Of a stretch of DNA of 64,000 nt, positions 1 to 13,500 are shown one piece after another. This stretch comes from Antedon mediterranea (Eukaryota > Animalia > Echinodermata). How positions within the stretch are numbered: the stretch's first letter is position 1; each line of letters opens with the position of its first letter. Where the stretch lies: the NCBI RefSeq assembly GCF_964355755.1, contig NC_092679.1:1-64000 (forward strand). Direction: 5' to 3'. Made by a program: the position numbers and the translations under genes. The notes beneath the pieces were generated by a model, which did not search any database, was not told where the DNA came from, and saw nothing but the letters and a program-made list of their open reading frames with translations.

Positions 1-100
1 GTAGTTCCGGAGTAGTTCCGGAGTAGTTCCGGAGTAGTTACGGAGTAGTGACGGAGTAGTCACGGAGTAGTTCCGGAGTAGTTCCGGAGTAGTTCCGGAT
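1..100. repeat. 11-bp tandem repeat (GAGTAGTTCCG)n, truncated by window edge
   Basis: Direct repeats visible; same family as the 2290-2880 and 3380-3760 arrays. Confidence 0.9.
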
Positions 101-2284
101 CGTATCCGGATATTCACCCCCTGGACATTTACCCCCGGAAAACTACCCCAGACAAGCACCACCTGGACCACTACCCCCTTAGGACAACTATCCCTTTAGG
201 ACAACTACCCCCGGACAAATACACCCCCCCCCCCCCGGACAACTACCCCTTAGGACAACAACCCCCTTAGGACAACTACCCCCTGGACAACTACCCCGGA
301 CAATTACCCCCTAGGAACAATCACCCCCACCCAAGCACAATTACCCCCCCCCCCCCCGGGTAATTACCCCGCGGACAACTACCTCTGACACAATACTCCC
401 CGTAGGACAACTACTTCCTGGACAATACTCCGAGGGAAAATAATCTTTTAGGACAACTACCTCCGTAGGACAACTAACCCCTGGACAACTACCCCCGGAC
501 AATTACCCCTTGGAACAATTACCCCCTGACAATTACCCCCTGACAATTACCCCCTAGGAACAATTACCCCCGGACAATAACCTCCCGGACAATTACCCCC
601 TCCCCCGGACAATTAACCCCCCGGACAATTACCCCCGGACAATTACCCCCCCCCCCCCCCCGGGTAATTACCCCGCGGACAACTACTTCTGACACAATAC
701 TCCCCGTAGGACAACTACCTCCTGGACCTGACAATACTACGAGGGCAAATAATCTTTTAGGACAACTACCTTCGTAGGACAACTAACCCCTGGACAACTA
801 CCACCCAGAAAACTATCCCTTTAGAACATCTACCCCCGGACGGACAACTACCACCCAGACCATTCAACAACCTGACTCTGCAACAGTGTATAATAGGAAT
901 TAATAACTATATTTTAATTCGTTACTTTGACGAATTACTATTCATTATTGTAAACAAAAGTAAAAGTTTGAACATAAATATAGCCTGGTATAAACTGAAG
1001 ATTGTCGCACATGATCATAGGATAGTCGAACGTATTATATAGTACTCCCTGTATTTACTGTAAAGACTGGGTTTGCTAATAATAATAATAATTTTTGCGT
1101 CAGGACAATGCTTCGATAACCACTGGTCTTAAAAGAATTAATTTTTGTCTCAAATTTGTCATATATGTATTTTTGTACACTTGAAGAATAATATCACTTT
1201 TGATATTTGACCTCAATGTTCACTCACCGAATAAACGGCGATCTTTAAATAAATTCCCCTCAAATAAACAGTGACCATGTCACTCCCATGAAACATCATA
1301 TGGAATAATCGGCGTCTATTTCCAATAGATTATACCCCCTCCCATTGAATAAACAACTTTCTTCCAATAAATGTCCACCTAAAAACCACCTAAACAATAA
1401 ACAGCCCAGGCCGTTTTTTCAATAAATACGGTACTTTAAATCTAGCACATCTAGGGTCTAGCGTGCTGTTAAACAGAATAATCGGTTAAAAACGGGTGTT
1501 TCGAAACTAGAGATCCGAGACCAGAGACCAGAGACCCGAGACCCAATACGAAAAGAGAGACCTAAATATACGAAAAGGGAGACCCACGTACGAAAAGGGA
1601 GACCCCACTAAACAAAAAGGGAGACCCCACTATACGAAAAGGGAGACCCTAATATACGAAAAGGGAGACCTAAATATACGAAAAGGGAGACCCAAATATA
1701 CGAAAAGGGAGACCCAAATATACAAAATGGGAGACCAAAATATACGAAAAGGAAGACCCACTATAAGAAAAGGGAGACCCCACTATACGAAAAGAGAGAC
1801 CACACTATACGAAAAGGGAGACCCTAATATACGAAAAGGGAGACCCAAATATAGGTCTCCCTTTTCATATTGGGTCTCGTGTCAGGTCTCTGGTCTCGGG
1901 TCTCTAGTTTCGAAACACCCGTTAAAAACAGATGATTTCATTTTTACAGAAACCGGTCCTATATATTTGTCTACTTTTGGATTGGGGGGGGGGGGGGTGG
2001 GTGGTAGTTGACCGGGGGGTAGTTGACCGGGGAGTAGTTGACCGGGGGTAGTTGACCGGGGGTAGTTACCCGGGGGGTAGTTATCCTAAGGGTGTGGTTG
2101 TCCTAAGGGGGTGGTTGTCCGGGGGGTAGTTGTCCGGGGGGTTGTTATCCTAAGGGGGTAGTTGTCCTAAGGGGGTAGTTGTCCTAAGGGGGTAGTTGTC
2201 CGGGGGTAGTTGTCCTAAGGGGGTAGTTGTCCGGGTGGTAAACATCCGGGGGTAACTGTCTAGGGGGTAGGTGTCCTAGAACCG
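101..2284. mobile_element. Foldback-type element with long arms built from GGACAACTACCCC / GGGGTAGTTGTCC subrepeats
   Basis: Left arm (~105-860) is an array of GGACAA(C/T)TACCCC. Right arm (~1985-2284) is an array of the reverse complement. It lies between two GAGTAGTTCC satellite arrays. Ends are approximate and no TSD was resolved. Confidence 0.65.
1494..1920. mobile_element. Non-autonomous Mutator-like (MULE) MITE nested in the foldback element
   Basis: TIRs GGGTGTTTCGAAACTAGAGA..CGAGACCAGAGACC / GGTCTCTGGTCTCGGGTCTCTAGTTTCGAAACACCC. Perfect 9-bp TSD GTTAAAAAC (1485-1493, 1921-1929). Interior is ~22-bp TATACGAAAAGGGAGACCC repeats. Confidence 0.85.
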
Positions 2285-2289
2285 TGACC

Positions 2290-2880
2290 GATTAGTGACG
2301 GATTAGTGACGGAGTAGTGACGGAGTAATTTCCGAGTAGTTCCCGAGTAGTTTCCGAGTAGTTTCCGAGTAGTTCCCGGGTAGTTCCCGAGTAGTTCCCG
2401 AGTAGTTCCCGAGTAGTTCCCGAGTAGTTCCCGAGTAGTTCCCTAGTAGTTTCCGAGTAGTTCCCAAGTAGTTGCCGAGTAGTTCCCGAGTAGTTCCCGA
2501 GTAGTTCCCAAGTAGTTCCGGGTAGTTCCCGAGTAGAGTTCCCGAGTAGATTTCCAGGTAGTTCCGGGTAGTTCCGGGTAGTTCCGGGTACTTCCGAGTA
2601 GTTCCGAGTAGTTCCAAGTAGTTCCGAGTAGTTCCGAGTATTTCCGAGAAGTTCCGAGTATTTCCGAGTAGTTCCGAATAGTCCTGAGTAGTTTCGAATA
2701 TTTAAAAAGAAGTTCCGAGTAGTTCCGAGTATTTCCGAGTAGTTCCAAGGAGTTCCAAAGAGTTCCAAGTAGTGACGAGTAGTTCCGAGTAGTTCCGAGC
2801 AGTTCCGAGTAGTTCCGAGAAGTTCCGAGAAGTTCCAAGTAGTTCCGAGTAGTTCCGAGTAGTTCCGAGTAGTTCCGAGT
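2290..2880. repeat. 10/11-bp satellite (GAGTAGTTCC[C])n
   Basis: Direct repeats; explains the repetitive ORFs 2292-2921, 2303-2617 and 2443-2838. Confidence 0.95.
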
Positions 2881-3379
2881 ATTTTTTTTTTTTTATTCAG
2901 TATTTTACACAGAAACATCAATCAAATCTTCCAGAATTAACAAGAAATTGTTGTACATAATAAAATAATAAAGCATTTTCACAATTCGGAAGAAGATCGG
3001 AACCAAAAATAAAAATTTCACTTAAAAATGTAAAATTAAATGTTAAAGAAAAATCCTTGGCTAAGATATCCTCAAAAATTGAGTTAGCGCTTACAAGTAG
3101 AATATCTCTTTGTGTATTATAATTAGGGCAGTAACATAAGAAATGAAGCGGATTCTCAACATTAAAGCCACAAGTACAATTTGGATTGTCCCGAAGTCTA
3201 TGTAAGAATAAATGCGAATTGAGACAGCTGAAACCAAGTTGGAATCTAGTGTGAATTTGGTTAATCTTCTTATCACCTGTATCATAATAAGAACGTTTTT
3301 TGTTTTAAACAAATTGGATTTCAGTAGCAATTTTTAAAACTCAACAAGAGATGAGGAATTTTTTATTTCATTATTTATC

Positions 3380-3760
3380 GAGTAGTTCCGATAAGTTCCG
3401 AGTATTTCCGAGTATTTCCGAGTATTTCCAAGTAGTTCCGAGTAGTTCCGAATATTGACGAGTAGTTCCGAGAAGTTTCGAATAGTTCCGAATAGTTCCG
3501 AATAGTTCCGAGTAGTTCCGAGTAGTATCAAGTAATTCCGAGTAGTATCAAGTAATTCCGAGTAGTATCAAGTAATTCCGAGAAGTTCCGAGTAATTCCG
3601 AAAAGTTCCGAGTAGTTCCGAGAAGTTCCGAGTAGTTCTGAGTAGTTCCTAGAAGTTCTGAGTAGTTCCGAGTAGTTCCGAGTAGTCCCGTGTAGTTCCG
3701 AGTAGTTCCAAATAGTTCCGAGTAGTATCAAGTAGTTCCGAGAAGTTCTGAGGAGTTTCC
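3380..3760. repeat. 10-bp satellite (GAGTAGTTCC)n, second block
   Basis: Same unit as 2290-2880. Confidence 0.95.
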
Positions 3761-4215
3761 TTGAGAGCTTGTTTTTTAATTAAACAACATTCAATTGCTA
3801 AAATAGACCTGAATTTTTCTTGTTTGAGTTTACCTTAGTTCCTTGTGATAAACACTAATAATTTCATTCAATAAAAATAAATTGAAAGGTACAGTTACGT
3901 AATTTCTGTGATTTTCCTTGATAGCGTGTTTTTTAATTAAACAGCATTCAATTGCTTAAATAGACCTGACTTTTTCTTGATTGAGTTTACCTTAGTAGTT
4001 CCATGTGATGAACACTAATAATTTCATTCAATAAAAATAAATTTAAAGGTACAGTTACGTAATTTCTGTGATTTTCCTTGAGAGCGTGTTTTTTAATTAA
4101 ACAGCATTCAATTGCTTTATAGACTTGATTTTATCTTGTTTGACTTTACTTTAGTTCTATGTGATGAACACTAATAATTTCATTTAATAAAAATAAATTT
4201 AAAGGTACAGTTATG
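3760..4215. repeat. ~158-bp AT-rich tandem repeat, ~3 copies; further copies at ~5850-6110
   Basis: Unit containing TTTTTAATTAAACAGCATTCAATTGCT...GAACACTAATAATTTCATT..AAAGGTACAGTTACG recurs. Confidence 0.85.
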
Positions 4216-5639
4216 CAATAGTTAAATAGTATTCAATTCAAATCCCCATTTTATAACCACCATGAGTGCGGGTCCATTTAAACAAGCTGGGCAAGCTGTA
4301 AATTGTATTAATCCACTATGTATGTATGCATATTGTTTACTAATTGAATAGCCGGCATTGTAACCTTAAATAACACTGTAGGCCTAGTAAGTAACCAAGT
4401 CTTTTATAAAATTTTAGTGGTTAGAGGTTCATATTTATTATTAGAATTTTTACAGGCACATTTAAAAATAGATTAGAAAAATATGGCATAAGCAGAATTA
4501 TATCATCAATAAGAATATACAAAAGGAGCGCCGTGATGGGAAGAGACCAACCGGTGACAAAGTAACTTTAGAGCGGTCAGAATTCCCTGACTTGCACTGA
4601 AGGGCTAGTGTTGCCCGACAGCTCTGCTAACTTTTCTGGCTGTTTACTTTATCGTTTTGATTTAGCTTTTTGCTTTTTTTTTGTATCTCCATTGAGATCC
4701 AGCCACTGATACCCACAGCATTGTCATTTTTTAAAAGTAATTTGCCTTTGGATTTATATATATATATAAATCCAAAGGCAAATATATATATATAGGCTTA
4801 TTACAAAGTGTTATTAAATTTGACGACATTTAGAACATCGGCAACTTACCAAAGAAACGCTTGACTGAAAATTAACTTTATATGATTTTTATTTTACATC
4901 GGCCGGGTTTAACGCTAAACCGCCTGTTCTATTCTATTCTGAATTGTACCACCAAAAACCCATGTTTTCAAAGTGTAAGATAAGTTGTTTCCGATCAACG
5001 ATCCATTCTAAACAAAAAAATCTCTCAGCACCAAATTTTTGGTTTGGCGGTATAAGGTACGATATTACATAATATTCAATAGTTTTGTAATTAATCGATA
5101 CTATTAATTCCAACAAACAAATGGTAGGGCTACTTAAAATTATTTATGTGGTCCATAGTTACCAACCGTCTCGCATCGTTCGGGACGGTCCCGCATTTCA
5201 AGTGATTTTTAATGAAACACGCGTTTTAACCTAAGTAGGCCTATATACGATACGTTATCATTTTTTATCACAATTTGAGAGGAAAATGCATTCAAATTAA
5301 TTGGTATATTTTAAAAGTATAGAACATTATACGAGTAGGCCTATTTATATTATTACACTACACATCAATAAAATACATAATATCAGGGGAAAGTTTAATG
5401 TGTCCGTGGTCGCTCGCCGTGACGAGGATGGGCCTATAATCATGCGTTTGTCATGATCGCAATTAAACATGACATGATTTTGTGTGCGTTTATAAAAGGT
5501 AAACCCAATTTTCTTGCTATTGGTTGGTGGATCAGTTCAATTTTTACCCTCCCAAAAATGTTTTTTGAATAAAATAAATTCCAGAATCAGCATGAAAATC
5601 GTTGAATTATAGATTAACAAAAAAAAAGAGTAATATACA

Positions 5640-6465
5640 ATCTAATAATATTTGTATCGAGAAGAGATGCCATTCATCATGAATTCATCTCTCAGGTTGG
5701 TAAGTATTGTGGTCATCGTTAAATTGGTTGTTATTACAACAATTAAATACTTAATAAGTACAAGAAAACAAACTCGCTCTAAAAATAACAGAAATTGCAT
5801 ATTTAACTTGGGACTTTGTTTATGTTTAATTTTAGGTTTGTTATATTGGACCTGATTTTTTCTTGTTTGAGTTTACTTTAGTTACATGTGATGAACACTA
5901 ATAATTTCATTTAATAAAAATAAATTTAAAGGTACAGTTACGTAGTTTCTGTGATTTTTCTTGAGAGCGTGTTTTTTAATTAAACAGCATTCAATTGCTT
6001 AAATACACCTGATATTTTCTTGTTTGAGTTTATTTTAGTTCCATGTGATGAACACTAATAATTTCATTTAATAAAAATAAATTTAAAGGTACAGTTACGT
6101 AATTTTTCTTGAGAGAGAATATTTGCATCGTTTACCGTACCGGAATACAAGAGGTGCCATTCATCATGAATTTTACGTGCGAGTGTAATATTTCCGGCCA
6201 CGAGTACCAGTGAACTAAATTTGTTTCCATCGCAAGTCGCCACGAGGGGGTGGGGGCTGTAAATACTTTGTGTCCGATCACGCATTTTAAATCTCTCAGG
6301 TTGGTAAGTATGGTGGTCATCGTTAAATTGGTTGTTATTACTTAAAAGTATTTAATTGTATGTATTAAAATAAGTACAACAAAACAAACTCGCTCTGAAA
6401 ATAACAGAAATTGCATATTTAACTTGGGACTTTGTTTATGTTTAATTTTAGGTTTGTTATATTGG
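5640..6465. repeat. Local duplication: 5640-5850 recurs at 6120-6465 (with insertions), flanking copies of the 158-bp unit
   Basis: TGCCATTCATCATGAATT, ATCTCTCAGGTTGGTAAGTA and AAAATAACAGAAATTGCATATTTAACTTGGGACTTTG each occur twice. Confidence 0.8.
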
Positions 6466-7589
6466 AACAAAATTAGAGCAGTAAAAAGAGCATGTTAAAA
6501 AGATGAATCTGTCATTGAGTAAGATGAAACTTAAATTGAATTAAAACCGATTTTCTTAATAATCATACTTAGAGATGCAAATCATCAAAATAATATTTAT
6601 ATGAAATTTAAACACTTTTATAGCCTATGCATGTACGCCTGTGCCATGTTATGCTTTAAAAAAATTATCCAGTATAGTATGACCCGTGCCGGGTATTTTC
6701 TTTTTAATATCGTCGATGGAAAATTGCCTTGACTTGATCATTTTGAATTTATATCTCCATATTTTGACCTCGTGTTATTTCTTGTATACGGCAATTGAAA
6801 GTTCGGAACTAATTTTTGTTTTGTTTTTAAAATCGCTTGATATCGTTTAGACTATCTCAACTCTAATCAATACTAATAATATCAAATTATTATTATCATT
6901 TCATTCATTATAAATTTAATCATTTCATTTAGATTGGATAATTTAAATACAAAATGTAATGAAAAAAAAAACGATCTGTACGTTAAGACATTGAGAAACA
7001 AAGACATGAGAAAAATAAGATCACACTCTACGTTAAAATATTATCGTTTATTCAAACATCAGTACAAAGTAAACCATATTTTAAATGTTCATAATCCAAA
7101 CATGAAGAAATCCATGATCTAAAGTACAAATATGGGTATATCAAATATTTATCACCCACCTCCCTCAGATGAAATTCCTCTTTGGGAATTTAAACGGCTA
7201 TCCCTGGTACCATATGATATTATTGTGCTTTTTCATTATTATCCTGTGTTTGGGATCTTGCAAGATGTAAGATTATTTAAGGTGTTTTATTTGTTTTTCT
7301 TACCAAACATAACTTAATATTTTACATTCTGGATCTACCAAGAAAAGAACTAATTTCTGATTGAGCAGTAATAAAGACACTGTTGTCACAAGCATTGCAA
7401 GTAATCACACAAATTATAAGAAAGGACATACTGTACAGTAAATTACTGCATTAATTATTCACATCATAAATGACCCACTTTATAGTTTTGCATTCAAATG
7501 GAACAGAATAACAACAATGCCTAAAAAACGCTGCCAATCATAATTTTGGTAAGTTAAAGTAAATTTTTAAATGGCTAAAAAGTGACTAA

Positions 7590-10500
7590 TCATTTAGCTG
7601 TTGCCAGTGGATTTCTTAGTACGAGTATTACGCTATCACCACGTAGGAACATCTTTGAAATGTAACGATCTTTGTTTACAGGTTTTGATTTCTTCTTTCC
7701 TTTGCCAGATTTTGGCACTTCTGTCCACATTTCTTTTACATTTTCTAGAACCATATTACAATGCCTATTATAAAAAGAAATAAATCATCACCATATAAGC
7801 AATCATTTTCTAGAACAGTATTCCAAAACAGAACATAAAACTGTTTATGAATATAAAATACCTGTCAAAAGCTTTAACTCGGCCTAATAACTTCTTGTTA
7901 TTCCTACAATTGATAAGGACTTGTGTGTTATTTTTAACTGACTGTGTAAGTACAGAAAGAGGACCAGTGTTGAATTCTTCCTCCTCTCGCTTTGCAAGTT
8001 CCTCGGCTGTTAATTCACTTTTGGGTTTGGCCAATCTATAAAAAAATATATATATATTAAGAATTGTTGTTTACAAGATGCAATCAAAGTACCATTTGGA
8101 AAACAATAAACTGTAAAATAATTAAAATGCGCAAGGCTTGATTGTTCAGATAATTATGAGTTGTAAGGTCATAATATATTGATATGATAAACACAATCAT
8201 ACACATTTCTTTTCCTTTGACATTCAAATACAGTTTATCTCGAAAAGCAGCCAATCATACATAATCTTGAAAAGAAGCCTAGGTGGGCTTGATTTTGAAA
8301 AGGGCTTCTTTTCGAGATTACTTATTGCAGCCCAAAGAGGGAGCTTCCTTTCGATTCCAGGACAATTCGGCCCACATTTGGGCCGAAACATCCCACTTTG
8401 TGGGCCGAAACGTCTCACTTCAGACAATTCATATTCCTTTTTTTTTTGTATATCAAGTTTTTAAAGGTGTTTAAACAATCCGTAATTTATTGATATTGAC
8501 AATGTTGCTATAAAGTATAATATATCAAATAAATTACTAAAAAAACATAATTTATTGACAAGTATATGTATATTGTTTAATAATATTATGGTTATGATTT
8601 TTCAAAATGAAGAAATAAAAATACTCTAAAAAAAAATCTCATCGCCGATATGATAGTTTTACATGCAGGTATTTTAGAAAAATTAGACGCTACATTTTGA
8701 CCATGGGAAAACCATCGTACAGTATTGTATGCATGTTTTTTAAAAAGGAGAATCTCCAGTTAGCAGAAACACGTAGCAGCCAGAAGGTGCAGCTCCGATT
8801 GGTTTCAGAAATTGTGAATTGCTTTTCAATCAACAGTGTTCAATGATCATTTTACTGAAATGCGGCGCAATTACGGGGGTTCCCCCCTGATGAGCTAACG
8901 CATCGTTTAGTGCGACAGTTTGAAGTAATTACGTTGGGCTTCCTATCTGATGGGGGGAGCGTAGCCAATCGACTGTGACCTGAGGCTAATTAATAAGTAC
9001 TACATGGCGGGGCTTCCTCCGTTTATTCCTAAACGTTCCGTGTTATTTTGCGTTCAAATTACGCAAGAATATATCATTTGCGTAATTTTATATAGCATTA
9101 CTAAAACAATTAATTTGTCATAAGCTTGTTTATTGTGTTATACCAATAACAATGTAGCTCAGGACTACAAAACATAATGTGAAAATAAACTAAAACAGAG
9201 GAAAATTGGTCAGTAGTACTTAATCTTCAAGAGTCAGCAGTCCCATATTTATCTTCTTTCCTGTGTGAAATTCTACTATTAAAATGAAAGAAAAAATTAA
9301 AAACATATGCGAGGCCTCACCACAAAATGAGTCGCATCGTAAGTGAGGTCAAATTACGATAATTAACAAAATAAGGCCCGTGGTCATTTTTTTACAACTT
9401 TTTTATCACGATTATAAAAAACTATATTTTGAATGAATTTTTTTACCATAAAGTGGTATACACAATCATTTAAAAAGACAGGTTGACCCCCATCTTTTGG
9501 GATTAGGCGATGAATTTTAGAATTTTGCGACATTTTGGAGGAGTATTTTTGTAGGCCTGGGGGAGGACGTCGTACAGTAGGCGATAATGAAGAAGAAGAC
9601 ATCGGCCCTGATGACGACGAGGAGGGCATGGCCATAGAGTTAGAAGAAGCTTTTGCTGTTATTGAAGAAAACAATGAACTTGACTGGGATCTAAAAGAAG
9701 GGGGCCTAATAATCGAACCAGATCCAGTTCAAAACAAGTTAGACCAGGTAGTTTGTGATAAAGAGAATGGAGACCCTGAGATCAATGATGTGAACATACA
9801 TTGTTAAATTGCGCCCTCAATGTAAGAAAATGATGACGTCATCGGTTATTTTAAGCGTACGTAAAATCCAGGGAACGTAAAATCAGGGTACGTAAAACGA
9901 AGGTTCTTTTCTATCAAAGTTAATATGTAAAAAATGGTATTGAGATATTTTGTATTAGGTTTTGAAAAGTGCAATTTCGGAAATAAAAAAAAAATTTCCA
10001 TAAAGGGATTTTGTGTTTTGAATTTAAGCGTTAGTCCAACATGGTCTAAAATATCCCCCACACTTGGAAGTGGGAGAGGTTAAAATTAATTATTGTCCAC
10101 CAGGTGTGGATGAGTTGTCTGATTTGAATGTCTCATCATTACGGGTAGTTGTCATTTGATTGCATAATTTCAAAATGGGGAGGGGGAATTTTTTTTTTTA
10201 TATTAGCACATTATTCACGTCATATTTCAATTTTATTAGCCAACATCTTCATGCTGTTGCTAAGGAGGTTTTAAATCACACTAAAATACTTTGTAACTTT
10301 TTGTTGACCAAACTTTAAAGCTGGTTTACTTACAAAGAAGTTTTAAAAAATTCAAATTTTCAAACGGTCATAACTCTGGATATATATATGCTACCACATT
10401 GATTCAAACACTAGATTACAGCTAATAATGTGTTCTATCCATTTTTCATAGTAATTCAATATTTTAATTTCTGAACAAATGACTCATTTTGTGGTAAGGC

Positions 10501-13500
10501 CTCACATATATGATGATACCCACAATGATGAATACAACAATTGTATATTATTCTTTAATCAAAAATACGAAACTCATGCCAGAAATAATGCAAATTATAG
10601 TATTTATTGGGTGCTTTAAACATTAGTAACTACTCTATTATATAGAACGCAACTGTTTACTCTATCAAGAGTTAATTATGTCCTGTGAGGCCTCCGTACT
10701 TTTATCGGCAGGCCTAGCAATGATTCTCGCGAAGCTAAGCTGGTGATGTATTTCTGAAGGGTGCTCAGTATTAATTGATTAAAAATAGTTATAAATAAAA
10801 AATTATCGATATTTTACAATTTTATGCATGCAGGATGTTGTAGACAACTTGTGAGTAGGTTAGATAGTATTGAAACAATTGCGAGTAATTTTAAGGGGTG
10901 GGTACGAAACTGCATTAGCGCCACTTTGCGATGCGGCAACTGTGTCGGGGCGACTTTGTTTTGGGGCGACTTTGCAATGGGGCGACTTTGTACTGTAAGG
11001 GCCGACTTTGTATGGGGCGACTTTGCAATGGCCCATGATGGGGCGACTTGACCAGCATCCCGGAGTTACCAGGCCTAGTTATAATTTAACGCCGTGGCGA
11101 AAGATACGGTACCGTATCATAACTTCCGTTTACTAAAGGTACGGTAAAATTGCATTACGTCATAATCAGCCAATGGGGTGCTGGTAAGTGTGTGACGTCA
11201 TCGTATAAGGACTTTGCATTTTTTTTCACATCGCGTCCGTAGAGAATGCCTATCGGCGGCGCCAGGCTGCATGGATGTGTGCGCTGATGATTCTGTGACT
11301 CAGCCTCAGGGCTAGACCTAGTAATGTTGAATCCAGAATCGTCGATGCTGTAGTAATAGAGCAAGATCATGTGGTTGGTGGACGTTACATAAAGCGTTTT
11401 AATCATGCACTCAATCTCAAATATTATTTCATTATACAACATTAAACACTACACTACAGTAGAAATATGTTGATAACCAAATTAGAAGTAAAGAAATTAT
11501 AATTTAATGTTGGAAATTGTGTTGCGTCTAGTTCATTCATCCATAGGCCTATAGTTTCTATGAGGATTTTTATTCCAAATAGCCTTATTTAGGCCTATAT
11601 TTTTTAATAAACTTTGTTTACAGATGGTGACCATAAACAAAAAGCAAATGCGGACAATAAAGGGGCCCTCAAATACTATGATTTAGACAATAGGCCTAGC
11701 CCCAGGTCTTAATCACAGAAATCAGCACACACATGCAGCTGGCCCCAGTCTGGCAAACAAACTCATATACCGAGGCTAGCCTTAGCATGGTTATAGTACG
11801 TATGGTAGGCCTCTTTTGAAACGGTAAATTTCTGTATTCTATGTTAATCCGCCGGTTGATCACTGTTTTCGCGACTATGACGTAATGCAATTTTACTGTA
11901 CCTTTAGCAAACGGAAGTTAGGATACGGTACCGTATCTTTAGCCATGGCGATAATTTAATATAACGGAATTTGGTATAATCCAAATCATTTATTTCCCAC
12001 CTAATTGCTATAATGTAGCAGGCCAAATAAGACTAAGTTCTGATTGGCTACTTTTCTGTGCGTGTAATTTAACTACGCGCTAAATTCTGGTAAACAACTT
12101 ATCCAGGGACCTACTAGGTCTCTGGCACTCTTCGTTTTGATTCCAAGCGAGTGGGACGTACGGGAAGCTCTTGGACCATCCATCCCATGAATTGTATTTG
12201 TAATTGTCTCATATCTTGTATATAATCGGTAAGTTTTTACCAAGTATGAATAAAAGGGCCATACGGCTCATGAGAATTTAAACTACTTGTACTTTCATCA
12301 TTTATCTATTTACATTGTACGTGAAGCCGACGGAATATCACGGTCGCCGAACCTGACGCTACCTCTCATAAACCCTCTTTACCTAGCAATTATCTAATTT
12401 AGTGTACGTCGTATGTGTGTAGGCCTACGGCGAGCAGACTGAACGAGAGGAACCTGAGAACCTGATGATAGGCTAGCCTAGCGAGATTAAACTTCCCCTC
12501 TGTCCGTAGAATAAACTAAGGTTGGGGACTTTTCCGGTGGTCCGTTTATTAGAAGGAGCACACTCCTTCCGATAAGCCGAGCATCTGGTCTTTAACTTTA
12601 TAATAAATAACTAGGCTAGCCAGGCTCTAGGCCTAACGAACGAGGTTGCTACCGGGCTAGAAAAGGGACCCGAGAAACGCACGTACGTCGTAGTACGCAG
12701 TTGAGACAGGCGAGACGGAAAAACGTTACAATATTTATTTATTAACCGATTCACCACGATAAGCGCTTAAAGCGCTCAAAAGGTTAAAAGTCAAGGTCAT
12801 TGTAAACAAATTTTCAAAAAAAAAAAGTAAATCGAATTTACATGCGCAGTTTGCTGTGCATGAATCGGAACAACAAATTATACAAAATACTCACAACTTT
12901 TTTTTTAAAAATATGCTTCTAAATATATAAAAACAATTGTTGAAGTTAGTTTGAAAATAAAATTCGAAAATATAACCGTTTTTCGAAGCACGCTGTTCGA
13001 AACGCGACAGGCGCGTTGAATGAATCTAGGCCTAAACATACAACGTAAAATCGTCTAAAATCCATCTTTATTTCTAATAATCACTATTTTGAAGCTTGTA
13101 TACAATAAATGTATAATAAATAAAGATTATGTATCAGTTACAGTGTCTAAATCGTCATATTTCCATGTAAAAATGTGATTTTTCTACCGGAGAAAAGTCG
13201 TGAAGATGTCCTCACGAGGGCCGCGCCATATTGTTTACCTTTGATTGTAATATGAACCCTGACATGTCAGATGCATTATGGGCATGAAATATTTGTTCAA
13301 ACTCTGCGCAAAGGTCAGTTTATTGAAGCATAACTTTTGACAAACATTTTGATACCAAACTTGTTTTAATTTCATAAGTTTTCGACGCATTTTCGTCAAA
13401 TTTTCTGCAAGCTACACGTCTAAAACAGCGGACTAAGCTCCCGAGGGATGCCGGTGCGCGTGGGAATCGCGAATTCCAAGTCGCTTTCGGGATGTTTTTT

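Noticed and set aside
2292-2921. Long ORFs with LGTTRNYSE repeats
   Set aside because: Translations of a 10/11-bp satellite, open in several frames, with no splice or protein signature.
8885-8925. Hammerhead ribozyme-like CTGATGA...CGACA (similar near 12462 and 13583)
   Set aside because: The conserved GAAA core or a proper stem II is missing and stems I/III could not be built; an Infernal search would settle it.
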